Position numbers and translations under genes: made by a program. The notes under the pieces are model-generated. The model was not told where the DNA came from and made no database searches. It saw nothing but the letters and a program-made list of their open reading frames with translations. Shown here in pieces: positions 1 through 12,655 of a stretch of 64,000 nucleotides of DNA. The first letter of the stretch is position 1. Each line of letters starts with the position of its first letter. Location of the stretch: contig NW_026889779.1 of the NCBI RefSeq assembly GCF_033153115.1, forward strand, positions 33,666,001 through 33,730,000, given 5' to 3'. Source of the stretch: Saccostrea echinata. Taxonomy: Eukaryota.

Positions 1-3000
1 CCAAGGCTTTGTGTAATTCGGTGGTCACCCAGGTACCTGTGAGACTGCGTTCACGGGAATTGTGTGGACATCGATGTTTAGGGTCTTGTTGTTTTGCACA
101 CGTTCGGCATAAGGGAAATAATAACTTACCTCCTGTGCGATAAGGTAAAACGGGGTGATAGAGGCCTCGAGGTGGTAAGACCCGACAATGAATGAGTCCA
201 AAATAGGATCTGACGTCTTGGAATTGATCGGTAATGATTTGAGGATGCCCTACAGGAAAAGGTCTGTGTTTTAACACGTAAGGGTACAGAGAACAAACGT
301 CTATGTATCTCATTTCTCCTTCCTCACAATATAATCGTGTAGCATTAGTCCGACCTCCATATAAAGCCTCTCGGGGGTTTAAAGGATCTGAAATGTTGAG
401 GTCTGATAAAAAATTCTGTAAAACTTCATCTCTTTGCACTTGTTGATCGAATTCGTGCTCCCAGATAGAGGTGACATTGTACCCCATTTGCTCTAAGACT
501 GATTTCCTTCTTAAAGTTTCTTCATATAATTGTTGGTAAGTCAATTGGGGTTGGTGAGGATGAGTTTCGGTCTGTAGATTGGAAAAGCAGGTGGGGCATC
601 CGTGCCAATAACATCCGTAAAATTCGTAGACGGTGTGGTTATCTTCCTGATATCCGTCTACAGTATAACTTCCGATCTTGACTTCTCCCCCGTTTCTCGC
701 ATGTTGGATGTGAGATCCACTCTGTTGACTCAAAAAGGTTAACCACCGACAGGCTTTGGCCGAATATTGACGAGCAGGTTGATATCCCAAGTTAGGAATG
801 ATGGCAATGGTATCTTCGGGCATAAATCCTCGACGGTAAGCTAAATTGGCCGCACTGGCAAAAGTGATAGATTCCTGAAAGGGATCTACATTCACTAAAT
901 TCTTGAGGGTGGCTCTAAACTGAGCACAACATCGTCGTAAAATATCGACGTCGGAAATACAATACTCTAAAAATTCCTTCTGGAAATCAAACACTTTTCC
1001 AGCTTGTTGATCGTACCATTGGAAAAAAGCCTGTCTTCCACTAATAGACATGTCGTCCGGATTGTAGAATGCCACAGGTGGATAAGGTCCCACGTAATTC
1101 TGATTCTGTACCGTATTAAAAAAGTGAGGGAAATACCCTTTTTTCAGTTCGGTGAATCCAAAAGCGGAAGGCATCTTGGACAGAGCAAAAGGTAAAAAAT
1201 TATAAGAATCGATGAATTTCAATCCAAGGATTTCCATGGATAAGATTTTACTCCCGTTCTGGATGACGGTGGGTTTAATGCAAGCAGAATGCACCAGGTA
1301 ATTTAAAATGAACTGTCCGTCATATCCTTTGAAATTGTGAGCAATGATGATGGCCTCGTCGTGTAATAAAGTACCATGCTTATCTCCTTTGCTGATGGGT
1401 TGTAATAACCAGTCCATGAAGTCTTTTAAGGTATTTAATCCTTTAAACACATGTTGACGGGGTCCCATGTGCCGACAATGAGGACAAGGATCCTCAATAG
1501 GTAAATGCCCACAATGTTGACAGACCCGATGTGCTACACACAGATTAGGAATGTGAATACCGTTTTCTTGCGTACATTCGAAATCGAAATAAATGTAAAT
1601 CTGTAATGTCTCTTTTCCCTTCTTCTTTTTGGGAGGTTTCTGTTGAACGTAGCACTGATGATCATTCTGTACGATTTTCTTACAGATCTTACATTGTTTC
1701 CGTCCTCCGCATAAGTGATGAGATAATAATTTTTTAGGCATCCATTTCTGACATTGGTCACATCGTCCCATTAAATTACAGATGGTTGTTGTCGTATTTT
1801 TACTGTAAGGTCGTAAATGATTTTCATAACAACCTCTATTCTTAAAAAATCCCTGGCAATGAGGACATGAAATCTGGCTCCCGTCTTTAGGGCATGGAGG
1901 GTAAGATAAACAAAAATCACATCGAAAAGGACATTTGGATCGATGGTCTGTGATGTTTCTGTACCCTACATCACAATGATCACAATAATATTGACATCCT
2001 GTGATACCAGGCATTGATAAAATGGCATGGTAATGATGATCTTCTAACAAAATGTTTAAAGAAATTCCTTGTCCATTCCCTTTGTAGATAGGTTCTAAGG
2101 AAAATTTAGAAGACATAGACTTGATCTGAAATATTTTCAGTCGATATTGAGGATATAACACTTGTTGTAATTTCCCCCATTCTTCGGGTCCACAAGATTG
2201 ATGAATATCACACCCGGCTTGTTCCATGAGAGCTTTAGCTTGATTTTTCTGATCATTACTCCTTACATCTCCTAACCGCATACGTTTCCATCTTTTTTCC
2301 CATTCGAGGTCGGGATTTTCTGGTTTTTCACTGTGTAACCGGGTGATGACAATAGCTCTAGCTAAACACATCTTATCCCAGGGATTATCGATCTGAACGA
2401 TAGATTTTTTTCCTTTCAGGAAAGTGTCCTTATTGATCATCAGGTGTTTGGTATTATTTCCACCACTTCCTTCTGGATATTTCACATGAAACATGTCGAA
2501 TTCCATAGACCCGTCTCCCAGTTTAAAATCTTTTTTAGATTGTTGAACGGCTTCTATTTTGTTTAAAATGACCTCCTCGTTTAAATGTTTACATTGGGTA
2601 AACTCGTACCAGATTTCAGATTTCAGAGAAGGATGACGTATGTTCAAACGTAAGTAATCGTTAGGATTACACTGCATTTCATATTTAACCTTTTTTAACA
2701 TGTCTCTAAATAATTGCCGAACAAATCCTTTGTTTTCTTCTTCTGGAAATTCCTCAAAATTGATATTGTATTTATTTTCTTGGGCTTTAAATTTTCTGGA
2801 ATGTCTGGTGGAATCTAATCTCACTTTATAATACTGAGAAATGGGTTTGGGTTTCCCTGGTGGTTAATGAGGTGGTGATAAATGAGATGAAGAACTTGGT
2901 TGTTCTTCTTCTTCTTCATTTACATGACGTAAAGCTTATACTTGTTGATGACGATTGGTTTTCTGTATTCTTTGTAAGTACAAGGCATTTCGTTTTCTAA

Positions 3001-3094
3001 GATCTAATTCTCTATCTCTATTGTTATGAAGAATTTTATCTAATTCTTTCTGTCTTTTTTTCCATTTCTTAAGTTGTCGTGTGAAACGATCCAT
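1..3094 (-). CDS. polB: Protein-primed family B DNA polymerase (pPolB), 3'-incomplete; two in-frame TAA near the N-terminus
   Basis: Hand translation gives one frame open from 2863 to the window start. Motifs: YFDFEC (Exo I), IIAHNFKGYDGQF (Exo II), FIDSYNFL, KGYFPH, YCISDV (Exo III), YGGRTNA, YIDVCSLYP (pol motif A), LLFPLC, GTWVTTEL. The ATG at 3094 is in the same frame, with stops at 2936-2938 and 2864-2866. Confidence 0.93.
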
Positions 3095-3112
3095 GTTTTA
3101 TTTTTAACAACA

Positions 3113-3433
3113 GAATGAGCTGAAAATCAAAAGAAGACGGTTTTTATACAATAGATGACGTCACAATGCCCAGGTTGCTGTGATTTGGATGGGTGCCAAG
3201 ATTTTAAGTAGGAGGAATTTTTTTTTTTTGCACACGGCACTAGTGCACAGGTGTTTTAAGAATAGGATCTCGTGGTGTTATAATTAGAGTTACAAAAGAA
3301 CTAAAAATAGTTTTAGACTTATAAAAAATAGTGAAGATTAAAAATAGATTAAACTAAAAAAAATAGTAGAGACTAAAAATAGAATGGATTAGAAAGGTAT
3401 ATAAACCAGACCTGACAGTATATAGGATCAGTC
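3113..3433. promoter_or_regulatory. Divergent Pol II promoter pair of the Polinton
   Basis: Minus strand: TGACGTCA (3156-3163), TATAAAAA (3148-3141), Inr-like TCATTC about 30 nt further (3118-3113). Plus strand: TATATAAA (3398-3405), Inr-like TCAGTC (3428-3433). Confidence 0.55.
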
Positions 3434-3470
3434 TTATTTTTTAGTCAGGGACTTTAAACCAAACCTTAAG

Positions 3471-3779
3471 ATGGAAGAAGAAAATTCCAGGACTCTGAAT
3501 GATATGTTTGACTTGGCAACAATAATGGCTGGTATTGAACTACAGGAAAGAAAAGGGATAAAAAAAATCCTAGAGGATATATGTGGTATAATTCTAATTC
3601 TGAAAGAGAACCAGAAGGAAATAGCCAGTATAATAAGAAAAATGATTGAGGATCAAGAGAAATCAACTGATTTAATGGTACAACTTCAGAAGGATAACTC
3701 TGAGTTTAGAAAAATCCTAACAAAAGAAATTGGTGTGTTTAAAGAAGAAGTGATGGCTGAGATTCGTAAGGATAAATAA
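3471..3779 (+). CDS. Polinton small ORF, 102 aa, predicted coiled-coil, unknown function
   Basis: Intact ORF rich in E/K/I/L with heptad-like spacing. TATA and Inr lie upstream, AATAAA at about 3910 downstream, all inside the Polinton end. Confidence 0.65.
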   Translation: MEEENSRTLNDMFDLATIMAGIELQERKGIKKILEDICGIILILKENQKEIASIIRKMIEDQEKSTDLMVQLQKDNSEFRKILTKEIGVFKEEVMAEIRKDK

Positions 3780-5477
3780 AAAGGAAAAAAAACAGAGAGA
3801 GTGATAAAAGAAATGTGATTTTCGTGTATAGGACTGTTCTCTGATCTTGTTTTTCATATTGTATTGTATTGTATTGTATTGTATTGGATTGGATTGGATT
3901 GGATCAATAATAAAAGGTTTTTGTTGAAATTTTTTGGGATTTTTTGTATTTTTTTAAGAAAAAGGGGGAGAGAAAAAGTGCACTTAATTGACCCGGCCAG
4001 CGCATTTTGGATTTTTTGATACGGTATCCTGTATAGACTTTCTTATTTTGACTTTTTTTTTACAGGCTATAACGGCCCCTATACGCCTGGATAGCCCCGG
4101 CCAGCGCATTTTGCATTTTTGCCATTTTTTCCATTTTTTTACCGGCTATAAAGGCCCCTATACTCCAGGATAGCCCCGGCTATCCTGGAGTAATCTACTA
4201 CTTATAGCTTTGGATAGGAAAGATAAAGAGTTGAGCTAAAGGGCCTTCTACCTGTCTTCTCCTCGTTCTCGATGAGGGTAGATCAATTCACCAGTTTTCC
4301 GAAAGAAATAGAACAAAATAATGCTGTCTATTACTAAAACCCAAGTCCAGAATATTTGTTTCATACATATTTTTTTCAAATTTGTTAAGTGTCTCCATGG
4401 TAAAAAATGATGATGTACACTCTTAACACACTTTGAAAATTTTTAACATTTTCACGAAACCTCTCAGCTAAACGTTATATCAATGTGCCTGCGTTCTTCA
4501 TGCTCCCTGCTACAAATCTATGGCCCGAACAACCAATCAAGTGCGTTGATTTTGTCACAAATTTAACGCACTTTAAAATTTTTTTTCAAAGTGCCTTTGA
4601 TTTTATCCCAATTTTAACGCACTTTGAAAAAAAAAAATCAAAGTGCGTAATTTTTCAAAGTGCGTTGTCACATACCTTCAATAATTAATTTGCATTCACC
4701 AACTAAGTTCCACTCTGGAGCTTGGAACCACCAATTTCAGAAGTTTGGTAGAAGGTTGTGTTTATTATACTCAGTATTCATGGAAATAGTTTGCCTAATA
4801 AATATCGCTTGGTATTGAAGATTTTTTCAAAGATGCAGTATACTTCAATGACCAACGGAGACTGTAATACACCAGGAACCAAAAGTTTGACAATTTTGGT
4901 TGAGGGCTAAGTATTTATTGTAATCATGCTAGAATTCGATGAGTAAAAGAGAAAATTCACAAGTGTAATGTTTTTCAATACGAAAGCGTATCACTATAGA
5001 GGCTGAACCATGTGCCTTGGGCCATGATTTCACAATTTTGGTCGAAGGCAAAGTATATTGTTCAAAATCATGCAGCAATGCTATAAATGTCCATGAGATG
5101 AAATGCATTTCCAGTATGTGACCAAAAAAAGGCCAACCCTAGCGCCTGACTATTGATTCAAGGGTCATAAATTTCACAGTTATGATAAAATATTCAGTTC
5201 TCCATTATAATCAAGCAAACAGTTCGTCTGACTTGCCTGAGTAAAGTAGCAGATTCTTTAGAATATATTGCATTTTAAGAATACATGCATGACCATCTTG
5301 ATCCCACCCTGGAAACTGAACTCAGAACCCATGACCAGGTTCTTAANNNNNNNNNNNNNNNNNNNNNNNNNNNNNNNNNNNNNNNNNNNNNNNNNNNNNN
5401 NNNNNNNNNNNNNNNNNNNNNNNNNNNNNNNNNNNNNNNNNNNNNNNNNNNNNNNNNNNNNNNNNNNNNNNNNNNNN

Positions 5478-5605
5478 GAACCTGCTGCCACGCCCACTTT
5501 GGTGAAACCAATCACACCTAAAACAACAGGTGCACCTATCAATGCCACCCCCGCCGTGACTCCTGATGCAGCTGCTATTGCCACAATCTCTGAAATAAGT
5601 GACAT
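5478..5605 (-). CDS. IFI27/ISG12 (IFI6/IFI27 family)-like protein, N-terminal part; rest hidden by gap
   Basis: MSLISEIVAIAAASGVTAGVALIGAPVVLGVIGFTKVGVAAG matches the start of the ISG12 motif (P-x-x-L-x-x-x-GFT-x-x-G-I/V-AAGS). Confidence 0.85.
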
Positions 5606-6340
5606 TTAGATGTATAATTTCTTAACCAATGAGAATCTAGATAACTATATGACTGTCGGTGATTATCAAGCGTCTCGAATGTCAAGCCCTACGGAAAATC
5701 CAAGGGTAACAGAGGTTTGTTCTATTAAGATCTGATTTGTATCAAAATTGAAGTAAACATTGAACGCGAGTAAATTCGGGATGTGATACTTTCGGAATTA
5801 AATAAAATTTAATTTGGTAACAATGGAAATAGCTTGGTAGTAAAAGTCTGAGAGGTAAGTTCATCGTTGAAAATGGGGTTTGGTATCCTGAGGAAGCAAG
5901 CAATACAGATCGAAAGGCTTTACAGAAGACAAGATTACACTTTTTACGTGCTGCATTATGGCGAAAAAATTTAGCCTTATTTTCTCTATTTTTAACATTT
6001 TTTTTCTTTCCATTTGTTTTGACAGAGTGGTTTTTTTTTTTTTGCTTCTTGATTTCTTTGTATTATCTTTTTTGTAGCAATTCGAAACGGTTATGTAGCT
6101 AACTTTTGACAAAATTATTGTGATTTTCCTCGGCAAATCAAAATAAAAACTTTGGGAATATTCAAGGCAGTCAAATGAATTTGCGTAGGTGAATGCTGTA
6201 TCTATTCTAATTCTCATTATCGTGGAAGTTTATATACCAAACAATTGACTTATATATACTATTTTGGGGGGAACTCATTGACAATTAAAAGGTGAATCAA
6301 AGCTTTCTACAAAGTGGCTAATTGTAGATCCTGTGTCATA

Positions 6341-6352
6341 GAAAATGAAAGC
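6341..6352 (+). promoter_or_regulatory. IRF-E/ISRE-like motif upstream of the IFI27-like gene
   Basis: GAAAATGAAAGC fits GAAANNGAAASY, about 740 bp upstream of the ATG. Chance matches are common in AT-rich DNA. Confidence 0.3.
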
Positions 6353-8995
6353 TACACTAGTATAATTTTACTTTTTATCATTTTTTTTTTTTAAAATTTT
6401 TAAATCTCCAAATATATCTGAAACCTTTGCTACAGTTTCCCTCCTTTTGACACATTTTAATCTACTGTGTCAATCATTCTCTTGATATTTTGTTTTTTTC
6501 TGTTATATTATCTAAAAAATGAACGATAATGTGTTATTTCTCGTAATTATAAAGTATTCGAACTTTTGAAACTTACCCTTGTTCGAAAAAGATAAGGATT
6601 AATTTTTCAAGATCCGAAACTAAGCGACCATTCTTAATGAACTAGATTTTCTGGAAGCTGATTTACACAGGAATTTGTTACCTGCATTTAAACAAATACA
6701 GTTTACTGATGCAAGATAATGATGTGTTTAATTCCTTCAGTTTTTTGGCATGCACATGTTTATTCTTTGCGATTCTTTTGTACGGGCGTTTCTGCGTTTT
6801 TTTCTGCGTTTCTAAACTACTGGATCAGTCCATTTGCCTTCTACAAAAGGGGTGACACAATTATTTCGCGCCAAATGTCACATGTAAATTATCTTCGCGC
6901 CTTTTTCTTGGATTGTTCTATTGAATGGGTGATGGGTGAATGGGTGATATTCTATGGAAATAAATAACGTTTATTCTTTTAACCTGATTCTTAAGCTTCA
7001 GATTTTTTATTAACAGTAAATTTTATCTCATTTTTAAAAGAACACATTGTATATGGGCAGGCAACACTAAAGCAATGGATTTGCTGATTATTATTACTAT
7101 AATCCCATAAGTGAACTAGTCCAATCATAAGCAAACTCCCTCGACCTAGTAAATGGGACATTTCTTCTTGATTCAGCCTGTTTCCCACCTTTACTTTCAA
7201 TATTACATTTATTAATAATGTACGTTACAAGGTTAGGTTTTTAAAAAAGCTTAGAAAGTCAGCCAGTAGCATATTATTTCATGCTTTGTGATGAACAAGG
7301 ATAGTGACAAGAGTAGGTCAGTTCCCATAGAGGAATGGGCTTAACTCCCGTAAGGTTCTAAGCAAAGAATCGGCAAAATGAGGAAGACATCATGATCTGT
7401 ACTAGTTTTCATTTCATATAAAAGCACGATATTTTAATTATGAGAAATGTCCTGATATCGATTGAAAAGAAAAACTAAACAATTTTAAAACTGCACATAA
7501 AGATGTATTTTGAAACTCATTTATAATACATGTATATGGTAAGACCATCAGCGCGTGAGTTTCGTCCGGGGGGGGGGGGTTATTAGTGTCTTGTTTTGCT
7601 CTAGCTATAAAGTGTACATTCCATTTACTTTGAGTTCTAGAGCAGCATTGAAGCATTTTTGTCTCAAACACTTCAAGAAAAACAGAAAAAAATGTTAATA
7701 ATTTACTTCGACGTCGAGAACGACGGAAAACAGAACAGTCTATAGGCCGTCTCATCAATCTATCACTGACCAGAGAAGTGCGCCCTCTAGTAAGAGAGTA
7801 CATGTAATATGAATTTCTTTAGAATCATCTAACTATTTTCCCCAAAATTATAATCTACGCTATCGCACTTAGAGTTAGAGTTTCATCCCAACGTAACTTG
7901 TCAGCCCGTGGACTAACTAATAAATGATTGAATGGTGGCATGTCTTAGATATTTGTTAATCTGCAGTATATGGTTATGAGATTTGAGAAAGTCAATTGTA
8001 TATCTTGTGTAATGAAGTATCGCAACTATGTCGCTCCTGATGACGGAAACGTTTAGCACTTCTCTTGCTTATACGTTCCATAGATATTGATTGATTAGTC
8101 AGGCAAGCTTTTTAAAAAGCTATATTACTTGTTACTAGTACTATTTGTCGTAGAAGAAGGGGCCGCTGACATGAACTTTCATATTACCGATTTCATCCTT
8201 TGAATGATACAATTTTTTCTACGAGATCTTAAATTGTAGCATATTTACATGTGAGTTTGAAATACCCGAGCTATATTTGTTCTATTTGTACACCACGTCA
8301 TATATTCGTGTCTATACTTTACTGAATTCTAGTAACCAAAAAGTTACAATTATGAACAGCATCACACATATTTGTAATACATGTACATGTATATCAGAAA
8401 ATAATTTTTATAATGTATACATTCTAATGTTGAATGTCTAATTCCACCCTCTTCTTACAAGGGTCTGATAGGCTATACATAAAACTGGTATGTGGACAAA
8501 AAATGTGTGGCTGAATTCCTTTAAAATAATATAGAGATTTTGTATCTTAGATCAACATATTAAAAATGTCATTATGAATCATATGTAAGATTCATTAAAT
8601 TTGGAACCAAAGCTCGAATTTGAAGAAAAATGATTTTGGTAAAGTATATATATTTTGACTTATGCTTGAGATGCTTCATAATACCGTAGCCAGAATGCAC
8701 GAAGAAATACAAGTATTGTTAATATATATACAGCAGAAACAAGTTCCATGACGCAACAATTAATATATAATGCGCCAGCCACCGAATTCTTCAGAAAAGA
8801 CGACCTACATTACAGGAGGCATCAATATTATGGAACCCCAGAACGATTCTACCATACTGCTAACATTCTAACAATACCTACAAAATGATATATTGATGCA
8901 AGGCATCAATTAATCGGCCGCAAAATCATGGTACCCTGGATATATGTCACATAATAAATGATGTCGATGATTTCTGCAGATGATGGACATCACAG

Positions 8996-9504
8996 TTACT
9001 GTAAACGTGTGGTGTCCCGGAAAGGGCTATTTGCAAAAGTGCAGCAGCACGTACGTTGTTCACAACATGCTGTCGCGCTAACACACAACACGCCGTCAAC
9101 CAAACACAACTTTACACAACATGCAGTCGCGCTAACACAAATCACGCCGTGAAGCTATATACAATACGCCGAGGCTCTAAAACAACATTACACAATCCGT
9201 TCTTAATAACGCAACGAGTTGTATTTTATGTTACATTATAATTAGCGAGATGGTGTGTAACTTTGTGTTATATTAGCGCGACGGCGTCTTGTGTAAAGCC
9301 ATGTTAACGCGGGGGAGTGTTGTGTGAAAGCGCACCAGCGTGTGTGTAAAGTCGCATTAGCGTGACGACGCGTGTTGTATCTTTGCGCGACAGCGTGTTT
9401 TGAAGAGCTGTCTTAGCCAATCTGATTGTAACAGACTGGCGGCTTGTAACTCAGTAGCTGTTGCACTTTTGCAAATGATCCAATTGGGACACCATTTACA
9501 CAAC
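8996..9504. mobile_element. Degenerate palindromic MITE
   Basis: Ends GGTGTCCC..ATTTGCAAAAGTGCAGCAGC and GCTGTTGCACTTTTGCAAAT..GGGACACC are inverted. Internal CGCGCTAAC repeats switch to TTAGCGCG in the right half. Confidence 0.6.
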
Positions 9505-9634
9505 TCGTCGAAAAAAAATATATTCGTGTGTCATAGACAATTGTAGCAAATTCAACTCTTGTGTTCAAGCTAAGTACCTATTAAAAGTACTGTTATTATC
9601 CGGTAAATCGTATCGAGCGGCTTATATATATTTG

Positions 9635-9844
9635 AATAAATAAAAAACAGAATGCTATAGTCCAAATTAGATAAAATCTGTACTGTTAGCGCTTCAGCCA
9701 TGTTGGCTCTTCAGACAGTTATCAGTTATAATAGCTGCTGTACAGGTAATATATCTATAACTGTCTGAAGAGCCAATATGGCTGAAAGTGCTAACAGTAC
9801 AGATTTTATTTAATTTGGACTATAGCATTCTGTTTTTATTTATT
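9635..9844. repeat. ~210-bp inverted repeat (MITE-like hairpin)
   Basis: Near-perfect arms of about 87 bp (AAACAGAATGCTATAGTCCAAATT...GGCTCTTCAGACAGTTAT and its reverse complement) around a ~35-nt spacer. Confidence 0.85.
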
Positions 9845-9883
9845 TAAGTATTTTTTACTGTCCCAAGAATTTAACATATCAAC

Positions 9884-9884
<1 letters not shown>

Positions 9885-9968
<84 letters not shown>
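9885..9968. repeat. (TA)n microsatellite
   Basis: Direct reading. Confidence 0.98.
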
Positions 9969-10552
9969 GTGCACTTCCTAACACAACCACAAATAGACCG
10001 GCCGCTCCTGCCAATGACAATGACAAGGAACTTAAAAATATTCTCATAACTGATGACATGATATGTACAAAGTGCACAAACTATGGAACGCCTTCACTGC
10101 CTTATAGCAGAACAATTTAATTACATTGAGTCAACCTCACATACATTGTATCAACTCATTATGGCGTTATAATAAAAGTTTATTATGTGATGTGAACATA
10201 TCTTTACATTATCTCAACTGGATATTACGTGAGGTTAAATGTTCATGACGAGATGTAATGATTTGTTCACATCATGGCGATTCAGTGCTACATCAAGTCA
10301 AAAATTCTTAACTTTATGTAAAAATTCATTAATTTTATGTCAACTTACCTATTATATTATGTTAACTCTTTATCAAATGTTCTCGAAAATTCATGATTTC
10401 TCTGAAAATACCTACTAGATATTGTATCACCTTATCATTATATTATGTGAACTCTTTACTATATGGTGCAAGTAGTTCATTACATTATGTGAATTTATCC
10501 TTATATCAATATTAAGTCTTTATTATATGATGTCAGAATTTCATTACATGAT

Positions 10553-12655
10553 CACAGGTACTTGTGGACAGGACCCCCCCCCCCCCCCCTCTAATATGCC
10601 CCACAGGTCAAAAAATATTTTTATGTATTTTTTTCATAAATTATTCTTCTAGTACACATTTACAATGTATTCCATAAGAAAAATCCAAAAAAATAACGCA
10701 GAATTAACGTTTTACTAAAAAATCATACCCGCGGTATTATAAAATAGAGAAGGTAAGTCACTTCCATTTGTTTACACTGGACCCCTCTTGGATATCAGGC
10801 CCGAAGTATCATTTACCTAATACATGTCACCGAAATGTGTCATGATATCTTGTTTCGGTAGATATTTTTGTCTTTAATCGTGCTATTTAATTGCCCAGGC
10901 ATCCCATAATAATCCGAGTATTCATCGTCAAACGTGAAAAATGCTACAAGATTTGGAAATGTCAGAGTAGAAATTACGGAAGTGATGCAAAAACGACACC
11001 TAGCGTGTAACTCTCGAGTTCCGAGTGTTATAGAACTAAGGGAAAAGTCAGAGGTCTACGAAAAAGTTCGGGAAAATGTTGATAAAGAAGTCGAAATTGA
11101 TTCATTAGAATTAAATTCTGATTAAGATTTTCGAGATGAGCGAGGGTAGTCGTCAATATTCCCTTTAAAGGATGTTATCATTGATACCAAGTAGCGGTTT
11201 AAAAATCGCTTAAACATTTATTTACAACTTACAAGATATGTAACCCCCCTTCCCCTTCTACATGGACATGCTTGCAATTAATTCCGATAATATTAAGCTT
11301 AATAATTATGTGTATTTTTTAATATTCGTATGCGATGATTATCATTTGCCAAGGAATTTAAATGTGAGTCTTTTCAAAATTAATTCTTAAGAATGAAAAT
11401 CAGAACCCCATTTTTTTTTTTAAATAATTTTCATGCTCTTCTTTACTTTCGCGTCGCACTGCTGAGTTTATTTCTGGCCTTGATTACATATATATCAAGC
11501 TGCTATTATTTTAATTGAACAAACGGAAGCTTAACTTCTATAAAATAAAGACTTTTAAAAAAGTTCTTTTGGTACGTCTTTTCTAACAGTCATAGTTAGA
11601 TAATTGCAACTTGTATTACGTAGCAATTGACGTTTAAATATTGCATGGGTTGTACAACCATTCATCAACCGGTCAATTTGTTTTTCTCCAAAACTGTAAC
11701 TTGTAATGACGTTGCACAGCCCCCGTCCCCAAATTAATCAATATTGATTAAATACATGTAGCGAATTCATAACAAATGGGGAAACAAAGAGATTTTTTGT
11801 ACAGTTTTAAATAATCACATTTCTGTCTTTACTTATTTTTAAAACTAGTTTATCATTCTAAATATTATATTTACTACCACATTAATTTAACGGATATCCA
11901 CCTTTCCGCAGACACAATTTAATGAAAATTCCATGTCCACGCAGATGGGGAAGGCGGCCGAGGTGGAGTGGCGGGGGGGTTACATGTCAAGTTTATAATG
12001 TTTAAGAGATTTTTAAACCGCTATTTGGTATCAATGATAACATCCTTTAAAGGGAATATTGACGACTACCCTCGCTCATCTCGAAAATCTTAAGCAGAAT
12101 TTAATTCTAATGAATCAATTTCAACTTCTTTATCAACATTTTCCCGAACTTTTTCGTAGACCTCTGACTTTTCCCTTAGTTCTATAACACTCGGAACTCG
12201 AGAGTTACACGCTAGGTGTCGTTTTTGCATCACTTCCGTAATTTCTACTCTGACATTTCCAAACCTTGTAGCATTTTTCACGTTTGACGATGAATACTCG
12301 GATTATTATGGGATGCCTGGGCAATTAAATAGCACGATTAAAGACAAAAATATCTACCGAAACAAGATATCATGACACATTTCGGTGACATGTATTAGGT
12401 AAATGATATTTCGGGCCTGATATCCAAGAGGGGTCCAGTGTAAACAAATGGAAGTGACTTACCTTCTCTATTTTATAATACCGCGGGCATGATTTTTTAG
12501 TAAAACGTTAATTCTGCGTTATTTTTTTGGATTTTTCTTATGGAATACATTGTAAATGTGTACTAGAAGAATAATTTATAAAAAAAATACATAAAAATAT
12601 TTTTTGACCTGTGGGGAATATTAGGGGGGGGGGGTCCTGTCCACAAGTACCTGTG
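10553..12655. mobile_element. Non-autonomous TIR transposon (P- or hAT-superfamily-like) with ~670-bp TIRs and 8-bp TSD
   Basis: Termini CACAGGTACTTG...CAAGTACCTGTG. TSD TACATGAT at 10545-10552 and 12656-12663. Arms about 10553-11218 and 11998-12655 are nearly identical. Confidence 0.9.

Larger units (their letters stand above)
1..4202 (-). mobile_element. Polinton/Maverick element, one end (continues beyond window start)
   Basis: Contains a pPolB frame. Terminus reads 5'-AGTAGTAGATTACTCC on the minus strand (ends ...CTACTACT at 4202), the AGT-repeat terminus typical of Polintons. Subterminal repeats and a palindrome lie at 3990-4192. Flank TATAGC is the candidate 6-bp TSD. Confidence 0.88.

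Noticed and set aside
5258-5346. ORFs spanning N gaps (also at 43.4-43.8 kb and 50.0-50.3 kb)
   Set aside because: Artefacts of reading through unknown bases.
10553-10560. CACAG terminus suggesting Transib/ProtoRAG RSS-like ends
   Set aside because: The TSD is 8 bp rather than 5 bp, and there is no CACAGTG heptamer-nonamer arrangement.
10934-12281. Two near-identical 63-aa ORFs on opposite strands
   Set aside because: They are by-products of the long TIRs, start with GTG and have no recognisable domain.
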